Below, one piece after another: positions 30,971-42,165 of a stretch of DNA of 64,000 nucleotides (position 1 is the stretch's first letter; every line of letters begins with the position of its first letter). Position numbers and translations under genes: made by a program. Source of the stretch: Coleofasciculus chthonoplastes F2-STO-03 (GTDB taxonomy: Bacteria > Cyanobacteriota > Cyanobacteriia > Cyanobacteriales > Coleofasciculaceae); NCBI GenBank assembly GCA_040222015.1, contig JAVJWO010000072.1:15564-79563 (forward strand), in the 5' to 3' direction. The notes below the pieces were generated by a model that was given only the letters and a program-made list of their open reading frames with translations, did no database searches and was not told where the DNA came from.

Positions 30971-32281
30971 ATGACTAAGATCCGGTTTATTGATTTGTTT
31001 GCAGGCATAGGTGGGATGCGCCTAGCCTTTGAACAAGGAGCTAACACCTTAAACTACAAAACTGAATGTGTTTTCGCAAGTGAAATCAGTCCAGAATGTC
31101 AATGGGTTTACAAAAATAATTTTAACCATGAGATATTAGGAGATATCCGAGCAATTAACCAATTACCAGCCCATGACGTTTTATTGGCAGGTTTTCCTTG
31201 TCAGTCTTTTTCCTATGCGGGTAAGAAGGCAGGATTTGGAGACACGAGAGGAACATTGTTTTTTGAAATATTGAGATTAATCGATACCTGTAAACCTCAA
31301 GCATTAATTTTTGAAAATGTTCGTGGTCTTTATAGTCATGATCAGGGTAAAACGCTACAAACAATCAAGCGTGAAATTAAAGAACGAGGCTATAGCTTTG
31401 ATACATTTCTGCTAAACGCTGCTCATTTTGGATTACCGCAAAACCGGGTTCGCCTGTACATGGTCGGGATTTTAGGTGCTTCGCCAAAATTTGAGTTAGT
31501 TTCTGATGTGGGTCCGCCCGATTCCCATTCTTATAATTGTCAGCAGCTATCCTTATTTAATCCCTTGACCCAACCTGTTGCCGTGGCTGATATATTAGAA
31601 GATAATCCTGATTCTAAATATGATTGTTCCCCGGAGTTTGTTGAAGCTCTAAAAAGTCGATTAAACAATAATTTGAATCAATTGCATGGTCGGCGGCTGA
31701 TTGATTATCGTGGCGGAAATTCTCTGCACTCATGGGAACTGGGTTTACGGGGAAAATGTAGTCCAGAAGAAATTGAGTTAATGAATCGTTTTATTTTGAA
31801 GCGCCGGAATAAAGTATTCGGTCGTAATCAAGATGGTAAGTTGCTGAGTCGAGAGCAAATCGCTAGCTTTTTTAATTATCCCCATTTAGAACAAATTCTT
31901 GACTCACTCGTGGCTAAAAAATATTTACAAATTGTTGATGGTAAATACAAACCTGTATCAGGGAACTTCTCCTTTGAAGTTTACAAGTTTTTAGATCCCC
32001 GAAAAATATCAGTCACGTTGGTTGCTAGCGATGCCAATCGATTAGGAATTTATCACAATGATCGTGTTCGGAGAATCACACCGCGAGAAGCTGCACGTCT
32101 CCAGGGATTTCCCGATGAGTTTATTTTGCATAGTAACGATGATAAAGTGTACTATCAGTTAGGTAATTCTGTCAGTATCAATGTTGTGAAAGCTGTCGCC
32201 CGCGACGTTATTTTGAATACATTATCATGTCAAAGCAGAAACAAAAGTCTGATGACGCTCAACTCTCTATCTGGAAAGTGA
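30971..32281 (+). CDS. DNA (cytosine-5)-methyltransferase, M.BanI-like, orphan
   Basis: DLFAGIGG, GFPCQ, ENV, QNRVR, RLQGFP, LGNSV; variable region IDYRGGNSLHSWELG resembles M.BanI as recalled. Confidence 0.92.
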   Translation: MTKIRFIDLFAGIGGMRLAFEQGANTLNYKTECVFASEISPECQWVYKNNFNHEILGDIRAINQLPAHDVLLAGFPCQSFSYAGKKAGFGDTRGTLFFEILRLIDTCKPQALIFENVRGLYSHDQGKTLQTIKREIKERGYSFDTFLLNAAHFGLPQNRVRLYMVGILGASPKFELVSDVGPPDSHSYNCQQLSLFNPLTQPVAVADILEDNPDSKYDCSPEFVEALKSRLNNNLNQLHGRRLIDYRGGNSLHSWELGLRGKCSPEEIELMNRFILKRRNKVFGRNQDGKLLSREQIASFFNYPHLEQILDSLVAKKYLQIVDGKYKPVSGNFSFEVYKFLDPRKISVTLVASDANRLGIYHNDRVRRITPREAARLQGFPDEFILHSNDDKVYYQLGNSVSINVVKAVARDVILNTLSCQSRNKSLMTLNSLSGK

Positions 32282-32339
32282 TTATTGGGAACATATCAAG
32301 TTTGCACCAAATGTTCAAGCTAACCAAGGGAGTTGGGTT

Positions 32340-32438
32340 GGGAGCATCCCGTTTTGGACAAAGCATTACCTAAAGTAACGCAATTGCAAGGGTTTCAGCC
32401 CCATTCAAAGAGCCAACGTGCCAAATTGGGATGCTCCC
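32340..32438. mobile_element. 99 bp MITE with TIR GGGAGCATCCC and 8-bp target duplication
   Basis: GTTGGGTT at 32332-32339 and at 32439-32446. Confidence 0.8.
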
Positions 32439-32643
32439 GTTGGGTTTCGTGCCTCAACCCAACCTACAATGTTGATATGCACCGTGATTATTGGCGCGAT
32501 CGCGTTTACTATCTTGAGTTACTCTAGCTTTACAGGTAGCGCAGTTGCGGCTAATCTGCACTCCTGTTCTAATTTAGCGAAGGGTAGGATTATAACGATG
32601 ATTTCACCAGATACCAAACTTAACGTTTATTGTGCCTACCTAC

Positions 32644-33708
32644 TTAACCATGTTTAGGTCGTCGTACCCAGTGAGAACGCAGGGGACTGAGAACGCGGTT
32701 GAGTAGGCGAATTTGTTCGGCTGTCCCCATGCAGATGAGTACATCTCCAGATAATAGGAGGGTTTCACCATTGGGTCCAGCAATCAGATTGCCATCGGCG
32801 CGGCGAATTGCCAAAACTAATGCCCCGGTTTGCGATCGCAAATGAGCTTCCCGTAGGGTTTTTCCGATCAAAGGACAGCTTGAGGGGTCAATCAGAAACT
32901 CTTCCATGTAAAATGAACGATCAGCCCCGGTGATAATCCCATCTACAAAGTCCATCACCTGGGGTCTCAGGGCAGCCGATGCCATGCGCTTACCCCCGGT
33001 GATGTAGGGAGACACCACCGCATCTGCACCCGCACGTTGAAGCTTTTTCAGGGCGTCTTCAGAACTCGCCCGGGCAATGGCGCGGATTTTAGGATTGAGG
33101 GTTTTGGCAGAGAGGATGGTATACAAATTTTCTGCATCAGAGGGTAACGCCGCCACTAAACAAATTGCCTTTTCGATACTCACCGCATGTAGAGTATTAT
33201 CCAAAGTAGCATCCCCTTGGACAACAATGTAACCCAACTCCCGCGCCTCTTCTACCTGATCAGCTTGAGAGTCGATCGTGACAAACGGAATCCCCTCAGC
33301 CTTAAATTCTAGGGCAATCTGACGCCCTGTACGTCCAAAGCCGCAGAGGATATAGTGGTTGGTTAAGGTATCAATCAAGCGTCGTCGTTGCCTCAGTCGA
33401 ATTCCTTGTTGAAAGTAGCCTTGAATTAGGGCTTCTGTAAAGCGATTGACAATATAACCAATGGCGATAAGACCCATTAAGATCAGGGAAATGGTGAACA
33501 AGCGTCCGCGATCGCCCAGAGGATTTGTCTCTCCATAGCCAACGGTTGCCAGAGTAATGATCGTCATGTAGGCAGCATCTGACCATGACCACCCCTCTAC
33601 CAGTTTGTACCATAACGTACCGATGAGAGCGACTCCCAAGAGGGCAAGTCCACCACCAATCAGTTCTTTCCGCAGGCGTTGATATTTCTCTTCTAGAGTT
33701 GAGTACAC
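32644..33708 (-). CDS. potassium channel protein with RCK/TrkA domains
   Basis: TLATVGYG selectivity filter, CGFGRTG RCK_N, RCK_C. Confidence 0.92.
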   Translation of the reverse strand: MYSTLEEKYQRLRKELIGGGLALLGVALIGTLWYKLVEGWSWSDAAYMTIITLATVGYGETNPLGDRGRLFTISLILMGLIAIGYIVNRFTEALIQGYFQQGIRLRQRRRLIDTLTNHYILCGFGRTGRQIALEFKAEGIPFVTIDSQADQVEEARELGYIVVQGDATLDNTLHAVSIEKAICLVAALPSDAENLYTILSAKTLNPKIRAIARASSEDALKKLQRAGADAVVSPYITGGKRMASAALRPQVMDFVDGIITGADRSFYMEEFLIDPSSCPLIGKTLREAHLRSQTGALVLAIRRADGNLIAGPNGETLLLSGDVLICMGTAEQIRLLNRVLSPLRSHWVRRPKHG

Positions 33709-33833
33709 GCAGATGAATGATGGATAACTGTTCCCATAATTAAGCTATTTTCACAGTAAAATAAAATTTTTGCATTGCGTCCCTGGAGTATAAATAACGG
33801 ATGTTCATCCCGAAAATCGGTAAACTGACCTGT

Positions 33834-34142
33834 TTATGCCTCATCCACCGCCCCATAACAAAACAATACTGCGATCGCGCCACAAAAAATGCGAGAGGGA
33901 GGAAGGGAGGTGTGGCGTCGAATGACCAGTAAACTTAACGCAATTAAGCCAATAATCAACAGTTGTAGGGCTTGGACTAACAAAGGAATCGTCATTTGCC
34001 CATTCTTATGAAACAGGGGATACGCCTTTCCCCTCACCACAATCCCCCACAGATAAATCAATCCCAGACTAATTTCTAAACCAATCACCCCCCACAGCAA
34101 CCAGACGCCAGAGGGGTGAGTCGTAGGGGATTTAATTCTCAT
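33834..34142 (-). pseudogene. membrane protein, probably truncated
   Basis: three hydrophobic segments ending abruptly at GAVDEA*; overlaps the uvrC stop. Confidence 0.4.
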
Positions 34143-36166
34143 GGATGGAAATAGGTATAAATATCTTCGGCTAAACGCGAACCAATTCCCGGAACTTGAG
34201 CAAGCTGTTGTACCGATGCTTCTCGAATATAATCAATAGACCGAAAATGTGCCAATAGCTGTTTTTGACGCGCAAATCCTAATCCGGGAATTTCATCTAA
34301 GCGAGAACGGCGTAACGTTTCACTGCGTTGTTTTCGATGGAAACTCACAGCAAAACGGTGCGCCTCATCGCGTAAACGCCGCAATAATTGTACCCCTGGT
34401 TGTTCAGCGTCGGTGGGGAGGGGAAAGGATTCACCCGGGAGAAAAATTTCTTCCCGTTGTTTAGCTAAACTTACTACCCGAACTTTATCTAACAGGTTCA
34501 TATCCTGTAATACCGCAACCACGGCGGAGAGTTGTCCTTTACCACCATCAATCATAATTAAATCGGGAAAATCATCAGAGATTCCCTGTTTTCTGGGAAG
34601 GGCGGGTTTAGTTAGGGTATCGGTTTGTGGCGAAATGGTATCTGTTAAACCCGCCCCTACATCGGGGTTTTCCTGATGGTTGGGAAGGGCGGGTAAGGTA
34701 AGGTTATCGGTTTGCAGCGAAATGGTATCTGTTAAACCCGCCCCTACGTCTTTATATTGGCGAAAACGGCGACGAATCACTTCTGCTAAACTGGCAAAAT
34801 CATCGGAATGACCAATCGTTACCGTAGGATTTTTTATCTTATAATGTCGATAATGTTGCTTCGCTTGCGTCCCATTAATAAACACCACCTGAGACGCTAC
34901 CGGATTAGCTCCATGAATGTGAGAAATATCATACCCTTCAATCCGATGGGGTAAATCGGGTAAATCTAAAATTGCAGCTAAATCTTGCATCGCTTGGCTA
35001 TTGCGGTCAGCTAATTTCTGAGTTCGTTCTAACTCATACTTCGCATTCCGTTCCACCATTTCAATTAATTCAGCTTTGGTTTGCCGTTGGGGAACTAAAA
35101 TAGTAACTTTGCGCCCTTTCCGTTCACTTAACCAATCTGCCAATAAGTCTGTATCTGTTAACTCATGCTGGACTAAAATCTCACTGGGAATTTCTACAGC
35201 GTCAACGGTTTGATAATGATCTTCTAATACTCGTTGTAAAATTGCCCCTAGTTCAATTCCCCCTGATGGAACTTCAGCAAAAAATCCCAATCGCCCCACC
35301 AACCGACCGGCACGAATCTGGAATAATTGAATACAAGCATGATGGGCATCTGCCGAAAGCGCGATCGCATCCCGTGATACGGTATCATCGGGTAGGGCGA
35401 CTTTTTGGTCAGCACTGAGGGCGTTCAACCCTTTAATCTGATCCCGAATTTTCGCCGCTAACTCAAAGTTCAGCGATTCCGCTGCTTGTTCCATAGTCTG
35501 AGTTAGGATATCAATCAGTTCCCCCGTTCGCCCCTGAAACACCATCGCTATTTTTTGCACGGTATGGCGATACTCCTGCGGTGAAACAAGCTGTTGACAA
35601 ACCCCAGGACAACGCCCAATATCATAGTTAAGACAGGGACGGTCTTTAAACAGGGGACGGGGGCGCTGACGTTGGGGAAAAATCTGCTTGAGTAGGTGTA
35701 ATGTACTTCGCAGCAAGCCGACATCTACATAAGGACCATAATAGCGATCCTTTTCTTTTCTCAGGTTACGCTTGCGGGTAATAAAGATACGCGGATAGTC
35801 TTCTGACCAAGTAATACAAATATACGGATATTTCTTATCATCTTTGAGCAGCACATTGAAATACGGCTGATGCTGCTTGACTAAATTCGCTTCTAATGCT
35901 AGGGCTTCCGCTTCGGTATCGGTAACAATAAACTCAATCTCCGCCACCTGACGCACCATCATGGCGATCCGGGGACTCAGGGGTTGGGCGTTACGGAAAT
36001 AAGAACGAACGCGCGATCGCAGCTTCTTTGATTTACCAATATAGAGGATGCGATCGCTCCCGTCACGCATTAAATAAACCCCAGGTTCAGCCGGGATTTC
36101 TTTCAGGCGACGTTCTAGGCGATCGGGATTATTGACTAGAGGGGTTACTTTAGCCGAGGATATCAC
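34139..36166 (-). CDS. uvrC: excinuclease ABC subunit C with an in-frame REP duplication
   Basis: GIY-YIG (GVYLM..YIGKS), [23 protein letters not shown], HhH C-terminus. Confidence 0.96.
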   Translation of the reverse strand: MISSAKVTPLVNNPDRLERRLKEIPAEPGVYLMRDGSDRILYIGKSKKLRSRVRSYFRNAQPLSPRIAMMVRQVAEIEFIVTDTEAEALALEANLVKQHQPYFNVLLKDDKKYPYICITWSEDYPRIFITRKRNLRKEKDRYYGPYVDVGLLRSTLHLLKQIFPQRQRPRPLFKDRPCLNYDIGRCPGVCQQLVSPQEYRHTVQKIAMVFQGRTGELIDILTQTMEQAAESLNFELAAKIRDQIKGLNALSADQKVALPDDTVSRDAIALSADAHHACIQLFQIRAGRLVGRLGFFAEVPSGGIELGAILQRVLEDHYQTVDAVEIPSEILVQHELTDTDLLADWLSERKGRKVTILVPQRQTKAELIEMVERNAKYELERTQKLADRNSQAMQDLAAILDLPDLPHRIEGYDISHIHGANPVASQVVFINGTQAKQHYRHYKIKNPTVTIGHSDDFASLAEVIRRRFRQYKDVGAGLTDTISLQTDNLTLPALPNHQENPDVGAGLTDTISPQTDTLTKPALPRKQGISDDFPDLIMIDGGKGQLSAVVAVLQDMNLLDKVRVVSLAKQREEIFLPGESFPLPTDAEQPGVQLLRRLRDEAHRFAVSFHRKQRSETLRRSRLDEIPGLGFARQKQLLAHFRSIDYIREASVQQLAQVPGIGSRLAEDIYTYFHP
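34595..34750 (-). repeat. two tandem family C REP-like elements (87 bp period) inside uvrC
   Basis: GGGCGGGT..AAACCCGCCCCTAC twice; encodes [20 protein letters not shown] twice. Confidence 0.88.
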
Positions 36167-36329
36167 AGATACTGATCATCTCGCTTACTCATCTTATCTC
36201 TATGATAAAACCTTTTTTTAATTCATGAGACCTGGAACATTTCATTAGGACAAGAGGTCAAAGGGGAAGTCTAACCATTTAAATGCTTAATCTTTTAAGA
36301 TTTTGTCACAACTAGTAGGAGTTTTCTCA

Positions 36330-37151
36330 ATGAAAAAACTACTCATGATTGCCGCCAGCCTATTTATCATATCAGCAGAATCGGCTCAAGCTTGTAGTTG
36401 TATGCGAGCTACCCCTGAGCAACATTTTGAATCCGCCAATGCTGTCTTTTCGGGTCGAGTTGTTAATGTGATCACTCCCCGGCGAACTCGCCGACGTCCC
36501 CAATTATCGTTCCCGCAAAAACGAGTCATGTTTGAAGTGTCCGACGTGTGGAAAGGACAAGAAAGACGCCGATTAATGGTGATGACATCCGATTCCAGTG
36601 CTAGTTGCGGTTTCAATTTTACTGAAGGAGAATCTTACCTCGTCTATGCCTCACGTTCAGATAATCGCTTAACCACATCCCTGTGTAGTGGCACAAAACT
36701 ATTAAGCCAAGCCAAAGAGGATTTAAGGATGTTAGAAGACCAAGAAACCCCATCCAATACTGTTGCGTTTGAAACCCTAGAAAAAAGCTGGAATAGTGGA
36801 ATAGCAGAACCCTTTCAGACAGTCATTCGTGAGCAAGCGACATGGGAGCAATTTGGGGCGAATCTTCATTCAATTGATAAGCCAACGCCATCTTCTCTAA
36901 ATGTTGACTTTACTGAAAACATGGTGATTGGAGTTGGACTAGGGAATCAACCCAGTGGTGGTTATAGTGTTGAAATTAAAGATATCGTGATGGAGGATGG
37001 TAAGCTGGTGATTAACGCTGTAGAACAGCAACCGGGACGGAACTGTCTGACGACCATGGCAATCACTCAACCGTATCACTTAGTTACGGTAGAAAAATCC
37101 GATTTACCCGTTGAATTTAACCGTCAAACTGAAATCGTGAACTGTGAGTAA
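36330..37151 (+). CDS. secreted protein: TIMP/NTR-like N-terminal domain plus PrcB C-terminal-like domain
   Basis: signal peptide AQA|CSC, VFSGRV, SCGFNF..GESYLVYA, C-terminal G.QPSGGYSVEI..TMAITQPYHLV. Confidence 0.7.
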   Translation: MKKLLMIAASLFIISAESAQACSCMRATPEQHFESANAVFSGRVVNVITPRRTRRRPQLSFPQKRVMFEVSDVWKGQERRRLMVMTSDSSASCGFNFTEGESYLVYASRSDNRLTTSLCSGTKLLSQAKEDLRMLEDQETPSNTVAFETLEKSWNSGIAEPFQTVIREQATWEQFGANLHSIDKPTPSSLNVDFTENMVIGVGLGNQPSGGYSVEIKDIVMEDGKLVINAVEQQPGRNCLTTMAITQPYHLVTVEKSDLPVEFNRQTEIVNCE

Positions 37152-37256
37152 CGTCAAGAAAGGGAACCGGCAACGAGATTGAAATTCCATTTCAGGAAAG
37201 GTGCGATCGCACCTTTTGCCACGGTGATTGAAATTGTTGCGACACCGATGCAGTAT

Positions 37257-37634
37257 TCAAGCCGACATGATAGTATGAGTTAAGCGATCGAGGCGTTCGG
37301 AATAACTTTTCATCACATTGAGCGCAAACATAGGTGTTTCCTGAACCGCAAACAGGAATCGCTGCTGATCCAGAAATGCCAAAGTACAATCTGTTTTCGC
37401 GATCGCGCTATAGGTTCTGTCGTCTACTCCAATCAATGTTCCGGTACCAAACACCTCACCCTTGCCGATGGTTTCCACAATCTTACCATTGACAGAGATG
37501 TTGACTTCTCCCTCCAATATGCCATACATATAGTTTGCTGGATCACCTTCTTGGAAAATGACCTGATCGGCAGAAAATGTCTTAGGTTCAGCCTGTTGTT
37601 GTAAGATGCTGACTGTGTTTGCGGGTTCTAACAT
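37257..37634 (-). CDS. stand-alone cyclic nucleotide-binding domain protein
   Basis: IFQEGD, GEVFG, RTYSAIAKTDC. Confidence 0.88.
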   Translation of the reverse strand: MLEPANTVSILQQQAEPKTFSADQVIFQEGDPANYMYGILEGEVNISVNGKIVETIGKGEVFGTGTLIGVDDRTYSAIAKTDCTLAFLDQQRFLFAVQETPMFALNVMKSYSERLDRLTHTIMSA

Positions 37635-37855
37635 GGTCTGTATGCCAGATCATTTTATGTTGGGTTATTATTATACCGAAAGGAGGCAAAATACCAGATA
37701 TAGCCAAAGTATAGCCAAAGGCAAAAAACAGAGGGCATGGCGTGGGATTCTGTAGGGGCGGGTTTCACTATTATCGCTTCGGTTGCACCCAGATGTGACT
37801 CAACCCGCCCCTACACACCAGGTTCCCGCAAAGGTGGTGAACGGAATTTCATTCT

Positions 37856-39934
37856 TCAACGCACCCCAACTAACAAATTCTGATACGCCGCCTCAATCCG
37901 TTCCACTTCCGATGACACATCTGTCTCTAATTTATTCAACCGCTCTAATTCCGTCCCTTGATTAATCTCATGCGACTCTTTTTGGGCGATTAAATTATCT
38001 AACTCTGACTGGCGAGCATTAATATCATCATTCATCCGTTCCGTCACTTCTCGCTCATAAACATCAAAGCATTCTTTCACCGCATCGTGAATCGGTTGCC
38101 ATTGTTCTCGTGCGACTTGAGGCAAATATTTAACTAACTCTTTCTTCGCCGCTTTCACCAACTCCTTCCGCGCTTGATCCGCTTGCACAACCCCAACGCC
38201 TAACCCCAATAACGCCAATCCCACGGGTCCCAAAACCACCCCTGACACCGCTGTAATCATCGCCCCAACACCCATCACCGTAATAAAATTAAGGGCGATA
38301 TTTTTCCAATCAAACCCCGCTCCCGCCATGGCTACCCCGGCAATATTTCCTCTTGCCAAGGAAAAGAGTCCTGCTGCCCATTTTGCCCAAGCGGGAGCAT
38401 TATCTTCTGGGGTTGTACCAATCACCGGAGAGATGCCTTGTCCGGTTAACTTTTCGGTAATTTTATCCGTCACCTTGGTATAAGATGCACCATAACTTGC
38501 TGCACTTTTGGATAACTGCAAAAACGCACTATCCATTTCTTTTTCAGCGATTAGACTCCACGCCGATAACTTATCATTTATATACTGCTCAAATGCCTGT
38601 TGCAGTCCAGCTTCAAAGGCTTCGCGTCTCCCTTTGTTCAAAAAATCCATAAATCGCAAATCGGGCTGATACTGCATGAAATCAGCTTCAAACGTATTTC
38701 CCAAGTTTAAAGTGTATGTGCGGAAGGAATCAGCCACCGCTTTTGCCTTACTATCCCGTACCGATTTGATTTCAGCTTGGAACTGCTGACAGATTTCATT
38801 GAGTTTATTGAATTCAGGTTCTACGGAATTAATCCGCTCTTTTAACTCCTTAACATCCTGTTCCAGCAACGGAATTCGCCGTTCAATCGCTTCCCGAACA
38901 TGACGATACCCTTGACGCGCCAAGGTTCTGGCTTGGCGGAATTCAGCCACGGCGCGTTCGCTGGTCAAAAATGTACTTAATGCGCCCAAAAACTCTGGAA
39001 ATCCGGTTCCTTCTAGAGACGCCGTTGGCTGCTTGACTCGTAACCGCAGCGCTTTAATCGCGGAAATCTCAAACACTCGTTCATCATAAATATCATGCCC
39101 ATCGACTTGACAGTAATCGGCTAAGTTAGCTCGAAATACACGCCGCACTTTATCTTCCGATTCTGCTAATTCTTCGGTATCATCCGGATCAATCAAACTT
39201 TCGCGAATCTGATCCCAAGCATTAATTAAAAAGAAAACCGATAATCCTCGATCCTTAATGTAATTTTCTAAATAACGGCGTTCAGCCAAGGTACAAGGTT
39301 GGGTTGCCCGCAGTACAAATAAAATCGCATGGCAATTATTGATATATCCCAGGGATAACTCGTTCCGGGCTTCAGTATCATTAAGTCCAGGGCTATCGAC
39401 GATTTCGATACCTTTTTGTAATAACGGTAAGGGATACTCTACGACAGCATAATCAACATTAGGGAATGCCTGTTTCTTCTGTTGTTCCAGTTGCTTGGCT
39501 TCGGCGGGGTCAATCGTGTAGCGCCGCTTAAAACTTTTAAAGTCAATATCTTCCGGGGGTGTCCCATCATTAAAATGAACGGTAACTTTTTTTTCTGTCC
39601 CATACCGCAACACCGTTAATAAGGCGGTACAGGGATTCACATCGGAGGGTAATAAGTTCTCGCCAATTAAGGCATTTAGAAACGTACTTTTGCCCCGTTT
39701 CATATCGCCCAAAACCAGTAATCTGAATACACCTTGTTGTAAATTTTTACTGGCTCGGCTTAAATCATCAATATCCCGTTCTAACCCCAAACTGCCAGAG
39801 GTATCCTTTCCCCTGGTTTCCCCTTGTTCCAGGGTTTGAGCGATTTCACCCAGACTGGTGGCGACTTGCGATCGCACTCTGGCAACTCGCTCTAAATTAT
39901 TCAGGAAACTGTCTGTTTCTATTTTGTAACTCAT
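37856..39934 (-). CDS. bacterial dynamin-like protein (BDLP)
   Basis: GDMKRGKST P-loop, PCTA, DSPG, NAWD; 692 aa with a hydrophobic paddle. Confidence 0.92.
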   Translation of the reverse strand: MSYKIETDSFLNNLERVARVRSQVATSLGEIAQTLEQGETRGKDTSGSLGLERDIDDLSRASKNLQQGVFRLLVLGDMKRGKSTFLNALIGENLLPSDVNPCTALLTVLRYGTEKKVTVHFNDGTPPEDIDFKSFKRRYTIDPAEAKQLEQQKKQAFPNVDYAVVEYPLPLLQKGIEIVDSPGLNDTEARNELSLGYINNCHAILFVLRATQPCTLAERRYLENYIKDRGLSVFFLINAWDQIRESLIDPDDTEELAESEDKVRRVFRANLADYCQVDGHDIYDERVFEISAIKALRLRVKQPTASLEGTGFPEFLGALSTFLTSERAVAEFRQARTLARQGYRHVREAIERRIPLLEQDVKELKERINSVEPEFNKLNEICQQFQAEIKSVRDSKAKAVADSFRTYTLNLGNTFEADFMQYQPDLRFMDFLNKGRREAFEAGLQQAFEQYINDKLSAWSLIAEKEMDSAFLQLSKSAASYGASYTKVTDKITEKLTGQGISPVIGTTPEDNAPAWAKWAAGLFSLARGNIAGVAMAGAGFDWKNIALNFITVMGVGAMITAVSGVVLGPVGLALLGLGVGVVQADQARKELVKAAKKELVKYLPQVAREQWQPIHDAVKECFDVYEREVTERMNDDINARQSELDNLIAQKESHEINQGTELERLNKLETDVSSEVERIEAAYQNLLVGVR

Positions 39935-40083
39935 TGTTTATTTTTCCCTTAACTATGTTCCTACCCAGTTATCTGAGAGAAGGGCGGGTTGAGTCAAGTT
40001 ATCAGTTTTTGGCAAAACGTTATCGGTAAAACCCGCCCCGACAACTGATAAAGACAATACCCAATCCGACCAATCCTTTCCGT

Positions 40084-42165
40084 TTAACCTGGGAACAATA
40101 ATAACTCCTCATACACAGATTCAACCTGCCGACATTCAGCTAAAATATCAGCATCTAAACCTCTCAACCGTTTTAACTCAGTTTGCCGATTAATCTCACG
40201 GGATTCTTTTTGTTCGAGCAAGTTATCTAACTCGGCTTTACGGGATTTAATATCATCATTAATCCGCTGAATTACTTCCTTTTCGTAACTATCAAAAGAA
40301 TCTTTCACCGCTTGACGAATCGGTTCTTGTTGTTCCTGGCTGAGTTGCGGTAAATATTTAACAAACTCTTTTTTCGTCACTTTAATCACCTCTTGGCGGG
40401 CTTGTTCGGCTTGCAGTGCGCCCACACCCAAACCCATCAACGCTAATCCAATAGGATTCCAAAACGTCAGCCCCGTAAAAATTAATAAAAAGCTGCTAAT
40501 TCCAATTACCGCTAACCAATTCACCAGGATATTTTGCCAAGTAAACCCAGCCGCCGCTAACGCCACACCCGCCACATTTCCTGACGCTAAGGAGAAAAAC
40601 CCCATCGCCCATTTTGCCCAAGTGGGTGACTCTTCCCCTGCATCAACCCGAACTCCCGGCGGTATCGTTTGTCCAATTAACTTTTCGGTCATGGAATCAA
40701 CAATTTGATTATAGGTTGCACCGTAGTTAGCGGCACTTTGGGCAAGTTGGGAAAACCCCTCTTGTAAATACTCCTCCGCCGTGCGTTCCCACTCGGCTAA
40801 TTTATTCTGAATATACTGCTCAAACGCTTGCTTTAATGCCGCATTAAACGCCTCCCGTCTCTCCGCTTGCAAGAACTCCAGAAAATCAATTGTCGGCTGA
40901 TAGCCTAAGAAATCAGATTCAAATGTCTTTTCTAAGTTCAGCACATAAGTGCGAAACGAATCCGCCACCGCTTTGACTTTTGTATCCCGCATCGTCCGAA
41001 TTTCATCCTGGAATTGATCGCGGATTTGGGTCAATTGCTCAAACTCCGGTTCAACCCCCTGAATCCGTTGTTTCAATTCTTCAATATCTTGGTCGAGTAA
41101 GGGAATTCGCCGTTCAATCGCTTCGTGAGTGCGGCTATAAACTTGACGCGCTAATGTTCTCGCTTGGCGTAATTGTGCCACGGCGCGTTCTTGGGTCAAA
41201 AAGGTATTCAGCGCCCCTAAAAATGCTGGGAATCCTGTTCCTTCTAGGGAAGCTTCTGAATCTTTTACCCGCCGCCGCAAGGCTTCCAGAGAGGAAATCT
41301 CAAACACTCGCTCATCATCGCGATTTTGTCCATCTTTTTGACAGTAATCAGTTAGATAGGTTTGGAATACCGTGCGTAACCGATTTTGTGCTTCTTCGAG
41401 TTCATCAGGATCATCGGGATCAATCAATCCTTTGCCGATTTCATCCCAAGCGTTAATTAGAAAGAAAACAGTTAATCCGCGCCCTTTAATGTAATTTTCT
41501 AAATAGCGGCGTTCTTCTAGGGTACAAGGCTGCATCGCCCTGAATAAAAACAAGATAGCGTGGCAGTTGTGGATATAGTTGAGTGATAATTCATTCCGGG
41601 CTTCGGTATCGTTCAGCCCTGGACTATCAACAATTTCAATCCCTTTTTCTAAGAGGGGTAAAGGGTATTCGACAACGGCATAGTCAACGTCGGGAAATGC
41701 CGAACTTTTCTCGGCTTCGAGGCGTTTGGCTTCGGTGGGATCGATGGTATAGTTTTGCTTAAAAGTGGCAAAATCGAGGGATTCTGGCGGTTTATCTCCT
41801 TTAAAGTAAACCGTGACTTTTTTTTGAGTTCCGTAGCGCAAAACTGTCAGCATCGCTGTACAAGGATTCACATCGGCTGGCAATAGGTTCTCCCCAATTA
41901 AGGCATTGAGTAACGTACTTTTACCTCGTTTCAAGTCTCCCAATACCAGCAGGCGAAATAAACCCTTCTGCAAATTGTCGCTGGCAATCCGGATATCTTC
42001 GCTTTCCCGCTCTAGACTCAATTTCCCGGAGGTTTCTTCAGCGTCCAATTCGGCTTGGTTTAGCCGTTTGGCAATTTGACTCAGATGCGTCGCCGCTTGA
42101 TGGCGCACTCTCACCACTCGCTCCAAATCCCTGAGTAAGCTGGTATTATCCACGGTATAGCTCAT
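40084..42165 (-). CDS. bacterial dynamin-like protein (BDLP), paralog
   Basis: GDLKRGKST, DSPG, NAWD; colinear with its neighbour. Confidence 0.92.
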   Translation of the reverse strand: MSYTVDNTSLLRDLERVVRVRHQAATHLSQIAKRLNQAELDAEETSGKLSLERESEDIRIASDNLQKGLFRLLVLGDLKRGKSTLLNALIGENLLPADVNPCTAMLTVLRYGTQKKVTVYFKGDKPPESLDFATFKQNYTIDPTEAKRLEAEKSSAFPDVDYAVVEYPLPLLEKGIEIVDSPGLNDTEARNELSLNYIHNCHAILFLFRAMQPCTLEERRYLENYIKGRGLTVFFLINAWDEIGKGLIDPDDPDELEEAQNRLRTVFQTYLTDYCQKDGQNRDDERVFEISSLEALRRRVKDSEASLEGTGFPAFLGALNTFLTQERAVAQLRQARTLARQVYSRTHEAIERRIPLLDQDIEELKQRIQGVEPEFEQLTQIRDQFQDEIRTMRDTKVKAVADSFRTYVLNLEKTFESDFLGYQPTIDFLEFLQAERREAFNAALKQAFEQYIQNKLAEWERTAEEYLQEGFSQLAQSAANYGATYNQIVDSMTEKLIGQTIPPGVRVDAGEESPTWAKWAMGFFSLASGNVAGVALAAAGFTWQNILVNWLAVIGISSFLLIFTGLTFWNPIGLALMGLGVGALQAEQARQEVIKVTKKEFVKYLPQLSQEQQEPIRQAVKDSFDSYEKEVIQRINDDIKSRKAELDNLLEQKESREINRQTELKRLRGLDADILAECRQVESVYEELLLFPG

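Noticed and set aside
30800..32640. Type II restriction-modification system
   Set aside because: No endonuclease-sized ORF lies beside the methyltransferase.
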